From Clostridia bacterium (GTDB taxonomy: Bacteria; Bacillota; Clostridia; Oscillospirales; CAG-272): a stretch of DNA of 64,000 bases. Location of the stretch: assembly GCA_017532425.1 (NCBI GenBank), contig JAFXJH010000136.1, positions 12,027-76,026 of the forward strand. The letters run 5' to 3'. Shown one piece after another: positions 28,118 through 36,097 of the stretch. The position numbers and the translations under genes were made by a program. Within the stretch, counting starts at the first letter, position 1. The number at the start of each line of letters is the position of its first letter. The notes beneath the pieces are model-generated. The model was given only the letters and a program-made list of their open reading frames with translations. It was not told where the DNA came from and did no database searches.

Positions 28118-29647
28118 TTATTGAGCTATATCAGCGTTTTGACAGCAATTATCCTTTATCGGAAGCTCGATCCAAAAGGTGCTTCCGCATCCGATCTTGC
28201 TTCTTACTCCGTATCTTCCGCGATGGATCTTTATTACTGACTTTACAATAGACAGACCGAGTCCGGTTCCGTTTGCGGCACGCTTGTGCTCTTTGTCACG
28301 GTAATATCTTTCCCATATATCGCGAAGCTTGTCGGGGGCGATACCGTCTCCCGTGTCAGTGACGGATATCTTTACAAAGTTATTTTCAAGCGTCTGCGTT
28401 ACTTTTACAGAGCGGTCGTCTCCCGTATAGGTGAGAGCATTGTTTATAAGATTTCTAAATGCCTGAAGGATAAGAGTTTGGTCGGCAGCGATAATAACGT
28501 CGCGGTCATATTCAAATGATAAGTCATATCCCTGTAACGAGGTCAGCTCTTTGTAGGTATCAAGGCAGCTTTTAATTACAGATGTGAGAGAAAATTCGGT
28601 GATATTTGGCTCAAGTGTTCCGCTTTGGAGCTTGGATATTTCAAGCAGATCGTTTACAAGGGATGAGAGTCGCGACACCTCGTCGATTATGATCTGACAG
28701 TTTTCTTTTGTTGCTTCGCCCGGAATGTCGCGCATCATTTCGCTGTATCCCGATATAAGTGTGAGCGGAGTTCTGAGGTCGTGAGATACGTTGGCGATAA
28801 GCTCCTTTTGTAATTTGTCAACCTTTGAAAGCTCTTGCGAGGCATTTTCAAGAGTTTGTGCAAGCTCGTCTACCTCTCGGTATCCATCTTTAGGCATATA
28901 CTTTACGTCGTAATTTCCTTTTTCAAGCTCTTTAGCAGAATTGTTTATTCCAACAAGCGGCTTGGCTATGTATTTTGATATCATAACAACAAGAAATACT
29001 GCAATAGCAATGTATAAAAGCGAGACGATAATAAGAATATTTATTATCGCACGCAACGCGGTACCGACAGGCGATACAACGCGGTTTACAAAGATTGCAC
29101 ATTCATCTCCCGTACTGCTTTTGAACAGCTTTATGTAAAGTACGCTGTGACTTTCATCCGAGGAATTAACAGAGAAGGGCGCACCGTAGTATCCTTCTTC
29201 CTTTGCGTCAAAGGTAAATGCATACAGAAGATCTCCACCGTTTTTCTTTGCTTGATCGTAAAGGTGAATGAGCTGATTCATACTTAGCTGATAAAGATAG
29301 CAGTCTTTGTAAGATATATCGGATACGTTGCGGGCACTCTGACTGGTGTGCGAATAAACCGTGACGCACGAGCTGTTGTTTTCGCTCATAGCATGTGCAG
29401 ATTCAAAAAAGGCGGGATCGTCTTCTATCGAAATAAGGTTGGAAGCCTGAGACTTTAGATCGTTGATCATCATAGTCTTATATATTTGTTCAAAGAAAAC
29501 TACCTGACACAGCCATAGAGAGAGAAGTATAATAGCCATAAAAATGATAAAATAGTACATTATTTTGGCTGTTATACTTAGTTTTCTGCAACCTTCTTTT
29601 GAAAGCAGACATCTTGTGTTGCGTCGCTTTTGTTTATTTTGTGTCAA
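28118..29647 (-). CDS. sensor histidine kinase (HisKA/HATPase_c)
   Basis: Two TM helices flank an extracellular domain. H-box ANVSHDLRTPL and G-boxes GTGLGLSIV. The start overlaps the response-regulator stop by 14 nt. Confidence 0.88.
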   Translation of the reverse strand: MTQNKQKRRNTRCLLSKEGCRKLSITAKIMYYFIIFMAIILLSLWLCQVVFFEQIYKTMMINDLKSQASNLISIEDDPAFFESAHAMSENNSSCVTVYSHTSQSARNVSDISYKDCYLYQLSMNQLIHLYDQAKKNGGDLLYAFTFDAKEEGYYGAPFSVNSSDESHSVLYIKLFKSSTGDECAIFVNRVVSPVGTALRAIINILIIVSLLYIAIAVFLVVMISKYIAKPLVGINNSAKELEKGNYDVKYMPKDGYREVDELAQTLENASQELSKVDKLQKELIANVSHDLRTPLTLISGYSEMMRDIPGEATKENCQIIIDEVSRLSSLVNDLLEISKLQSGTLEPNITEFSLTSVIKSCLDTYKELTSLQGYDLSFEYDRDVIIAADQTLILQAFRNLINNALTYTGDDRSVKVTQTLENNFVKISVTDTGDGIAPDKLRDIWERYYRDKEHKRAANGTGLGLSIVKSVIKIHRGRYGVRSKIGCGSTFWIELPIKDNCCQNADIAQ

Positions 29648-30311
29648 AACGATAACCCACCCCTCTCAGAGTAACGATGAATTTACTGTATTCCCGAAGC
29701 GATTTTCTGAGAAGCTTTATATGTGTATCGAGAGTTCGATCGTCTCCGTAGAAATCATATCCCCAGACCTCGGAGATAAGCTTTTCACGGAAAAGTGCAA
29801 TATTTGCGTTTTTTATCATGTAGCAAAGGAGCTCGTACTCCTTTGGCGAAACTGTTATGGGAGAGCCGTCGACGTAAATAATTCTTGCTTTGAAGTCTAC
29901 GCTGAGACCCTCAAGCGTGAACGTTTCCTCTTCGGACGAATCCTGATTTTTCTTGTAACGCTTCAGAACTGCGTCGATCCTCAGAATAAGCTCTCTCGGA
30001 GAGAAGGGCTTTACAACGTAATCGTCTATGCCGATCTGAAATCCGTTTATTTTATCATATTCTTCACCGCGTGCAGAGAGCATAATTATCGGAATATCCG
30101 AGCTTTTTCTGATCTCTCTGCTTGCCGTGAATCCGTCGAGCATTGGCATCATTATATCCATAACGATAAGGTCGTAAGAATTTTGCGAGGCAAGCGTGAT
30201 AGCTTCCATGCCGTTTTCGGCTTCGTCGACGGAATATCCCTCAAACTCGGCGTACTTTCGTATCAGCTCTCTTATTTTGTATTCGTCATCAACGACGAGT
30301 ATATGATACAT
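29634..30311 (-). CDS. OmpR-family response regulator
   Basis: Receiver domain (ILVVDDE...DLIVMDIMMP) plus a winged-helix output (LRGVGYRF). The ATG at 30311 is preferred because AAAGGA lies 9 nt upstream. Confidence 0.9.
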   Translation of the reverse strand: MYHILVVDDEYKIRELIRKYAEFEGYSVDEAENGMEAITLASQNSYDLIVMDIMMPMLDGFTASREIRKSSDIPIIMLSARGEEYDKINGFQIGIDDYVVKPFSPRELILRIDAVLKRYKKNQDSSEEETFTLEGLSVDFKARIIYVDGSPITVSPKEYELLCYMIKNANIALFREKLISEVWGYDFYGDDRTLDTHIKLLRKSLREYSKFIVTLRGVGYRFDTK

Positions 30312-30358
30312 ATAAGACTGTCCTTTCAAAATGATTTGTTTATACTGCGTCAGATATA

Positions 30359-31783
30359 TCAGGCGCCTGTTTTTTCTCCAAGTACGACGGAAACGGTCAA
30401 TGCTTTTCCGCCGCGCATTACGGTCAAATGGATCGTATCTCCTACCTTTTGCTCGACAAGGAAGTTCTGAATAGACTGCTGATCGTCTATCGTTACGAAA
30501 TTTCCGTCGTCGGTAGCTATCTGATAGAGTCTGTCACCAAGCTTAAGCTTTTCTTCGGAGCCGTCTGCATATTTAATACTTTCAGAAGTAGAAACAACGT
30601 AAATACCGGGAATTATAGAGGACATACCCCATCTGCCCGATGACGTTGTAGCGAATTCTTTGAGCTCGGGATAATTTTTAAATACTTCGGCGTAATTGTG
30701 ATTTGTAATTGTAACAAGATTTACACCTATCTGCGGTCTGCCCGAAACGTATCCCTTGTCGATAAGCTGTGTCGCAACGTCGATAACAGTGTCAATGGGA
30801 ATTGCAAATCCGATACCCTCAACGCTGTCTCCTGCTATTTTGGCGTTTACTATACCCATAAGAGAGCCGTTGATGTCAAAGAGACCGCCGCCCGAGTTGC
30901 CCGAGTTTACAGCCGCACTTATCTGCATAAGGACCATATTTGTGCCCTCGACCGTGATTTCTCTTTCAAGAGAGGAGAGAATACCGTCTGTTACCGTATT
31001 AGTAAGATATCCGAGAGGATTACCGATGGCTATTACGGTTTCTCCAAGCGTAAGTCTTGTCTTTGATGTGTCGCGTACTGTTACAGGAAGAATCTCGCTG
31101 TTTGCGGGAAGTGATATTTTAAGAACAGCAAGGTCGGTTATAGGGTCGTTTGCCATTGCTTCTGCGAAAAAGCTTGTTCCGTCTGTGAATGTTACTTTGA
31201 TCGTCTGATAACCCTCAACAACGTGATTGCAGGTTACGATATATCCGTCTGCGCTCCAAAGTACACCGCTTCCCGTGCCTGCAAGGGTGGAAGCGCTGCT
31301 GTCAACGTATGCTTCAATGAGAAGAGTTGAATCATAAGCGGCATACGTTGCTTTTGAAACGTCGTTCATAGGAATTTCGAGATCGCTTTTGTTTACGGTA
31401 AGCTTCGGTCCATCGATGCTTGATAATGCTTGACTTGGTCCGAGCTTTCCGATAATTGAATCAATAGCGAATGCTCCTGCCGCGAGTGCGGAAAATATTA
31501 TTGCAAATGATACTGCGATCGCGGTTACGCATACGAGAGCAGAACGCTTTTTCTTCTCTTTCCTTGGAGCCTCTTGGGGTGTATTCATTGTGTCGAAAGC
31601 GTTACGACTCGGCTCTTCAAGAGTAAAGGTGTTTCCGGGAGCCGGTGTGTATGAATAATTTCCCGTTGCGCTGTCAAAGGAAACCTCATATTCGGAGTCC
31701 GGCGTGCTGTTTTCTGCTTTATTTTCACCGGAAATGTTATTTTGATTATCGTTATTACTTAAATTGTTGAATTCGTCGTTCAT
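30359..31783 (-). CDS. htrA: membrane-anchored HtrA/DegP-like serine protease with a PDZ domain
   Basis: Low-complexity N-terminus, then a TM helix. Catalytic His (TCNHVV), Asp (DLAVLKI) and Ser (GNSGGGL). C-terminal PDZ-like region. Confidence 0.85.
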   Translation of the reverse strand: MNDEFNNLSNNDNQNNISGENKAENSTPDSEYEVSFDSATGNYSYTPAPGNTFTLEEPSRNAFDTMNTPQEAPRKEKKKRSALVCVTAIAVSFAIIFSALAAGAFAIDSIIGKLGPSQALSSIDGPKLTVNKSDLEIPMNDVSKATYAAYDSTLLIEAYVDSSASTLAGTGSGVLWSADGYIVTCNHVVEGYQTIKVTFTDGTSFFAEAMANDPITDLAVLKISLPANSEILPVTVRDTSKTRLTLGETVIAIGNPLGYLTNTVTDGILSSLEREITVEGTNMVLMQISAAVNSGNSGGGLFDINGSLMGIVNAKIAGDSVEGIGFAIPIDTVIDVATQLIDKGYVSGRPQIGVNLVTITNHNYAEVFKNYPELKEFATTSSGRWGMSSIIPGIYVVSTSESIKYADGSEEKLKLGDRLYQIATDDGNFVTIDDQQSIQNFLVEQKVGDTIHLTVMRGGKALTVSVVLGEKTGA

Positions 31784-31916
31784 TTAAATTACCTCACATT
31801 TCTGACTAACAGATAAGAATAGAATATAAGCATATTCTCTGTTATCAAATACGATTTTAAACGCTCAATGTGTATGTGATGTGAAGAAGATTAAAATAAT
31901 TTTTGAAATATATAAA

Positions 31917-31959
31917 TAAGAAGAAAAAGACGAGCGGAAATCCCGTATGAGATTTCCGC
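31917..31959 (-). terminator. intrinsic terminator after galM
   Basis: GCGGAAATC...GATTTCCGC stem with a T-rich tract on the minus strand. Confidence 0.7.
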
Positions 31960-31973
31960 CCTTGATTTAAAGA

Positions 31974-33014
31974 TTACTTTGTAGAATACTTGTATGTAGT
32001 CTTCTGTGTGTAGGTTTCTCCTGCTTTAAGAACAACGGAAGGGAAGCCCTTCTGGTTGGGGGAGTCGGGCAGTGCACAGCACTCCATACAAACTGCGTGA
32101 CGGGGAATCTGCGTGTACTTGGAGAAGAAGGGGTTGTCCTCGTCCATATAGTTTCCTGCGTAGATCTGAATACCCTTTTCTGTGGTATAAACGTCAACGT
32201 TTATCTTTGTTTCGGGAGAATAGAGAGTAGCAACGGGAGCGTCCTCGCCGGGATGGTTAAGTACCCAGCAGTGGTCGTATCCGCCGCCTCTTACGAGCTG
32301 GATGTCATTCTGATCATCGATATCCTTGCCGATAATTCTTCCTGCACGGAAGTCGAAGTTTGTGTTTTCAACGGGAGTAATTGCGATAGGAATAAGAATG
32401 TCGTCAACTGCTACGAAGCTGTCAGCATCGATCGTGAGTGTCTGATCCATAATGCTTTCTCCGCATCCGGAAATGCAGAAGTAGCTGTGGTTTGTCATAG
32501 CGATGATCGTATCATTGTCGGTCGTTGCCGCATAATCAATTGTGATCGCGTCATCGGAGGAAAGGGTGAATTTAACAGCTATGTCAAGCTTTCCGGGGTA
32601 TCCCTCTTCGCCGTCTTCGGAAACGAGCTTGAAGGTTGCGGAAGTTTCGTTTTCTGTTTCGGTAATGGAAGCGATATTCCAAACTCTTGCGCTGTATCCT
32701 GTGTTACCGCCATGAAGGTGTGTAATTCCTTTTTCGTTTTTAGCAAGAACGTATTCAACGCCGTTAAGGGAGAATATACCGTCCTTGATACGGTTTGCAT
32801 ATCTTCCTACCGTAGAGCCGTGATACTCTGTATCAGCAAGATAGCCTTCGAGCTTGTCGAAGCCGCAAACTGTCTGAACGCCCTTGTAGTTTATATCGGC
32901 GATTCTTGCGCCGTATTCGCTTATTGTTACCTTGGTGTTTCCTTTGGAAAGAACGCAACAGTCAACGTTAGTTCCGTCGGGCATAGTGCCGAATTTCTTT
33001 CTTAATGTGCTCAT
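31974..33014 (-). CDS. galM: aldose 1-epimerase (galactose mutarotase)
   Basis: Typical mutarotase pattern (GRYANRI, HLHGG, NHSYF, GGYDHCW). Confidence 0.85.
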   Translation of the reverse strand: MSTLRKKFGTMPDGTNVDCCVLSKGNTKVTISEYGARIADINYKGVQTVCGFDKLEGYLADTEYHGSTVGRYANRIKDGIFSLNGVEYVLAKNEKGITHLHGGNTGYSARVWNIASITETENETSATFKLVSEDGEEGYPGKLDIAVKFTLSSDDAITIDYAATTDNDTIIAMTNHSYFCISGCGESIMDQTLTIDADSFVAVDDILIPIAITPVENTNFDFRAGRIIGKDIDDQNDIQLVRGGGYDHCWVLNHPGEDAPVATLYSPETKINVDVYTTEKGIQIYAGNYMDEDNPFFSKYTQIPRHAVCMECCALPDSPNQKGFPSVVLKAGETYTQKTTYKYSTK

Positions 33015-33153
33015 TTAAAACTCCTGTTCCGCGCTGAAATACGCGCATACAAAATATTACAGTTTAATTATACAATAGTTTTTCACGATTGTCAATCTAA
33101 AATATAAAAAAAGAAGCTTTTGAAGGTCTGCAAAATTAGCGGTAAACTCAATA

Positions 33154-33268
33154 GCCTTCCCCAGCAGGGGAAGGTGGCACGCGAAGCGTGACGGATGAGG
33201 TGTTTCTTAACTTAAACTAACTCCTCATCCACCGCTGGCGCGGTCCCCCTTCTCCCACAGGAGAAGGC
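33154..33268. repeat. palindromic GC-rich intergenic element, copy 1
   Basis: Two ~47-nt arms in inverted orientation around an AT-rich spacer. Each arm has a terminal mini-hairpin (CCTTCCCC-AGC-AGGGGAAGG and CCTTCTCC-CAC-AGGAGAAGG). The inner pairing is GGATGAGG/CCTCATCC. Confidence 0.6.
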
Positions 33269-33280
33269 TTTTTATACGCT

Positions 33281-33343
33281 AAAAGCAAAGAAAAGCCCCG
33301 CGCGAGGCGGGGCAAAGAAGCTTTTGAATGTAAAAGCTTCTTT
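33281..33343 (-). terminator. tandem hairpins after the fumarase beta-subunit gene
   Basis: AT-rich hairpin at 33314..33343, then GCCCCGC-GCGAG-GCGGGGC followed by a T-rich tract on the minus strand. Confidence 0.6.
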
Positions 33344-33349
33344 TTTACG

Positions 33350-33874
33350 TTATCTCTTATAAATACTCTCGCCGTAAATATCCGTTCCGACGAAAAGCGG
33401 AAACTTATCGAATTCGAGAAGGCGGACAGCCTCACAGCCGAGATCGTCATATGCAACCGTAACAGCACTTCTGATGTGCGCTGCCGCAACAGCACCCGCA
33501 CCTCCGATGGCACAGAAATAGAGCGCACCGTTTCGTACTTGTGCTTCGGTTACCTCGCTACTGCGCTCACCCTTGCCTATCATAGCAAGCATACCGCAGT
33601 CAAGGAGTCTTGGTGTGTATACGTCCATTCTCGACGAGGTCGTAGGACCGCACGAGCCTATTGCAAGAGAATTCTTTTCGGGAGTCGGTCCTGCGTAGTA
33701 TATCACCGCATCCTTGATCTGAAAGGGAAGCTCTTCGCCGTTTTCAAGCGATCTTATCATTCTTGCGTGAGCTGCGTCGCGTGCCGTATATACCTTTCCC
33801 GACAGTAGTATTTTATCCCCTGCGCGAAGAGTCGGTGCGATCTTACGCAGTTCGGATACGTTTACTTCAAGCAT
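33350..33874 (-). CDS. Fe-S hydro-lyase beta subunit (class I fumarate hydratase / L-tartrate dehydratase beta type)
   Basis: 174 aa with GDKILLSGKVYTARDAAHARM, CGPTTSSRMD and GKGERS motifs typical of the FumA C-terminal/TtdB family. Confidence 0.8.
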   Translation of the reverse strand: MLEVNVSELRKIAPTLRAGDKILLSGKVYTARDAAHARMIRSLENGEELPFQIKDAVIYYAGPTPEKNSLAIGSCGPTTSSRMDVYTPRLLDCGMLAMIGKGERSSEVTEAQVRNGALYFCAIGGAGAVAAAHIRSAVTVAYDDLGCEAVRLLEFDKFPLFVGTDIYGESIYKR

Positions 33875-33908
33875 AATTTATTTATTATCCTTTTTTGATG
33901 TGTGTTTT

Positions 33909-34916
33909 TTACAGAATCATAACGTTCTTCTTTGCGCATGCTTCTCTTACCTCGTCGGGCCATACGGAGGACTGGACCTCTCCGATGTGAGCCTTGCGAA
34001 GGAAGAACATACACATTCTTGACTGACCTATACCGCCGCCGACGGTGTAGGGAAGCTTTCCTTCGAGAAGAGCCTTGTGGAAGGGAAGATTTGCTCTTTC
34101 GGGGCAACCTGCGATCTCAAGCTGCTTCAGAAGTGTCTTTTCGTCAACGCGTATTCCCATAGAGGAAAGCTCAAGCGCAATGTCAAGCACGGGATAATAT
34201 ACGATGATGTCACCGTTAAGCTCCCAGTCATCATAGTCGGGTGCACGGCCGTCGTGGCGCTTGCCCGATCTGAGTGCTCCGCCGATCTTCATAATAAATA
34301 CGGCACCGCACTCCTTTGCGATGCGGTATTCGCGTTCCTTTGCCGTAAGGTCGGGGAATCTGTCCTCAAGCTCCTGCGAGGTGACGAAGGTTATGTGCTC
34401 GGGAAGAAGGCGTCCTATAAACTGATAGTCATCGGTTATGTAATTTTCCGTGTGACGAAGAGAACGGTAGATTCTGCCTACCATAAGCCTAAGGACCTCT
34501 TCCGTGCGCTCTTCTCTTGTGATAACTCTTTCCCAGTCCCACTGGTCAACGTATATAGAGTGGATGTTGTCGGTCTCCTCGTCGCGGCGAATAGCGGACA
34601 TATCGGTGTAAAGTCCTTCGCCTGCTTCAAATCCGTAGAGGGCAAGAGCAGAACGCTTCCATTTAGCAAGCGACTGTACTATCTCGCACTGCTTTCCGGT
34701 TTCGAGAAGATCAAAGCCGACAGGTCTTTCAACACCGCTGAGAGTATCGTTAAGACCGGAGTCCGACTCTACGAAAAGAGGTGCGGATACACGGGTAAGA
34801 TTTAACTGAATCGCAAGGTCGCGTTCGAAAAAGTCTTTAACCTTTTTTATTGCAGACTGTGTCTGGCGCAGATTAAGCTCTGAGGAATATCCCTCGGGAA
34901 TATATAATTTAGACAT
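33909..34916 (-). CDS. asnA: aspartate--ammonia ligase
   Basis: AsnA pattern ([11 protein letters not shown]..., [22 protein letters not shown]). The ATG at 34916 follows an AAAGGA RBS. Confidence 0.88.
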   Translation of the reverse strand: MSKLYIPEGYSSELNLRQTQSAIKKVKDFFERDLAIQLNLTRVSAPLFVESDSGLNDTLSGVERPVGFDLLETGKQCEIVQSLAKWKRSALALYGFEAGEGLYTDMSAIRRDEETDNIHSIYVDQWDWERVITREERTEEVLRLMVGRIYRSLRHTENYITDDYQFIGRLLPEHITFVTSQELEDRFPDLTAKEREYRIAKECGAVFIMKIGGALRSGKRHDGRAPDYDDWELNGDIIVYYPVLDIALELSSMGIRVDEKTLLKQLEIAGCPERANLPFHKALLEGKLPYTVGGGIGQSRMCMFFLRKAHIGEVQSSVWPDEVREACAKKNVMIL

Positions 34917-35061
34917 ATAGATCAGTCCTTTCAAAAGCATTTGCTGATATTACGTACTGTTGATACACGAAATAATAATTCATTATATCACAATTTTATA
35001 TATCCGTCAATAAAAAAATCAATGTTTTTTGTAAAAAAATGTACAAAGTATTTTAAAGGAC

Positions 35062-35090
35062 TTGACATATTTCGCGATAAGAAGTATAAT
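35062..35090 (+). promoter_or_regulatory. consensus sigma-A-type promoter for the guanylate-kinase-like gene
   Basis: TTGACA, 17 nt, TATAAT. Confidence 0.55.
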
Positions 35091-35163
35091 ATTCGAAAGC
35101 GTTTGCTATTTTTCGGAAAATGAGCGGAAAATGCTTGATTAACAAATAAACAGAGGTGTGACA

Positions 35164-35979
35164 ATGTTAGTAATTTTTTCAGGATGCTCGGGTGTCGGTA
35201 AGAACACCATAATAAATGATCTTCTCTCCAAATCGGATGAATATAAGCTTCTTCCGACCTATACGACAAGAGATAAGAGACCGGGTGAAAAGGATGGGGC
35301 ACCCTACTTTTTCATAAATGACGAGCAGTTTCTTGAGAAAATTGCAAAAGGCGATTTTTACGAACACGAGATCGTTCATAACCATTATTACGGCACGTCA
35401 AGACAGTTACTCTCCGACGGTATTGCGAGCGGTAAAACACTTATGAAGGATATCGATGTAAACGGTGCGCTCAATCTGTCCGAAATACTAAAAAACGACG
35501 TTAAGATCATCACTCTTTTTCTTTACGTCGAAAGCGCTGACATACTTATCGAACGTCTTACGGGAAGAGGAGAAAAGGATATCGCTCTGCGGCTTGAGCG
35601 ATATAATCATGAGATGTCAAAGCAGAAGCTGTATTCCTATCTCATAAACAATAATTCTCTTGAGAATACCTCAAAGCTTGTAGACGAGCTCGTTAAGCTT
35701 GAAAAGAGTAGCGGAAAGCTTGTTTCTGCGCTCGGAGAAAATGAAATATCCGTGGAAGCTGTCAATGATGCGATAAGTGTTTATGCAGCGGGTGAGATCC
35801 CCGACCCTGTAAAGGTGTGCGTATATGACGGAGTGTTCTGTATCACTGAAGGTGTGGAGCGATATATAGCATCTGTTATATGCGATAAGCTTATTGCAAA
35901 GGATCTGGTTCTTTCCGAAAATGCGTTAAACATAGCTAAAGACTTTGATATTTACGGATACGCAAAGAAATTTTCTTAA
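35164..35979 (+). CDS. guanylate-kinase-like protein with a ~90-aa C-terminal extension resembling a ParB/sulfiredoxin N-domain
   Basis: P-loop GCSGVGKNT; TTRDKRPGEKDGAPYFF; YYGT. The C-terminal segment DPVKVCVYDGVFCITEGVERYIASV resembles the ParB-N core. Confidence 0.65.
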   Translation: MLVIFSGCSGVGKNTIINDLLSKSDEYKLLPTYTTRDKRPGEKDGAPYFFINDEQFLEKIAKGDFYEHEIVHNHYYGTSRQLLSDGIASGKTLMKDIDVNGALNLSEILKNDVKIITLFLYVESADILIERLTGRGEKDIALRLERYNHEMSKQKLYSYLINNNSLENTSKLVDELVKLEKSSGKLVSALGENEISVEAVNDAISVYAAGEIPDPVKVCVYDGVFCITEGVERYIASVICDKLIAKDLVLSENALNIAKDFDIYGYAKKFS

Positions 35980-36097
35980 ATAATAACCTATAGTCACATA
36001 AAGCCGCCTTGTGTACGATATTGTATACGTGTACCGGGCGGCTTTAGTATTCCTTTTTGGATCCGGTCTTTTTAATTTTGAAAGGAGATGAGCGGAT

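Noticed and set aside
29565-30470. 301-aa plus-strand ORF. The same applies to other long antisense ORFs at 32097..33005, 25690..26499, 34077..34805 and 3889..4602.
   Set aside because: Each overlaps, on the opposite strand, a gene with strong family motifs (response regulator, galM, ABC exporter, asnA, murF). None has an RBS or a recognisable domain.
33217-33528. 103-aa minus-strand ORF spanning palindromic element copy 1 and the fumarase-beta 3' end
   Set aside because: It overlaps a repeat, two terminator hairpins and a real gene in another frame, and has no RBS.
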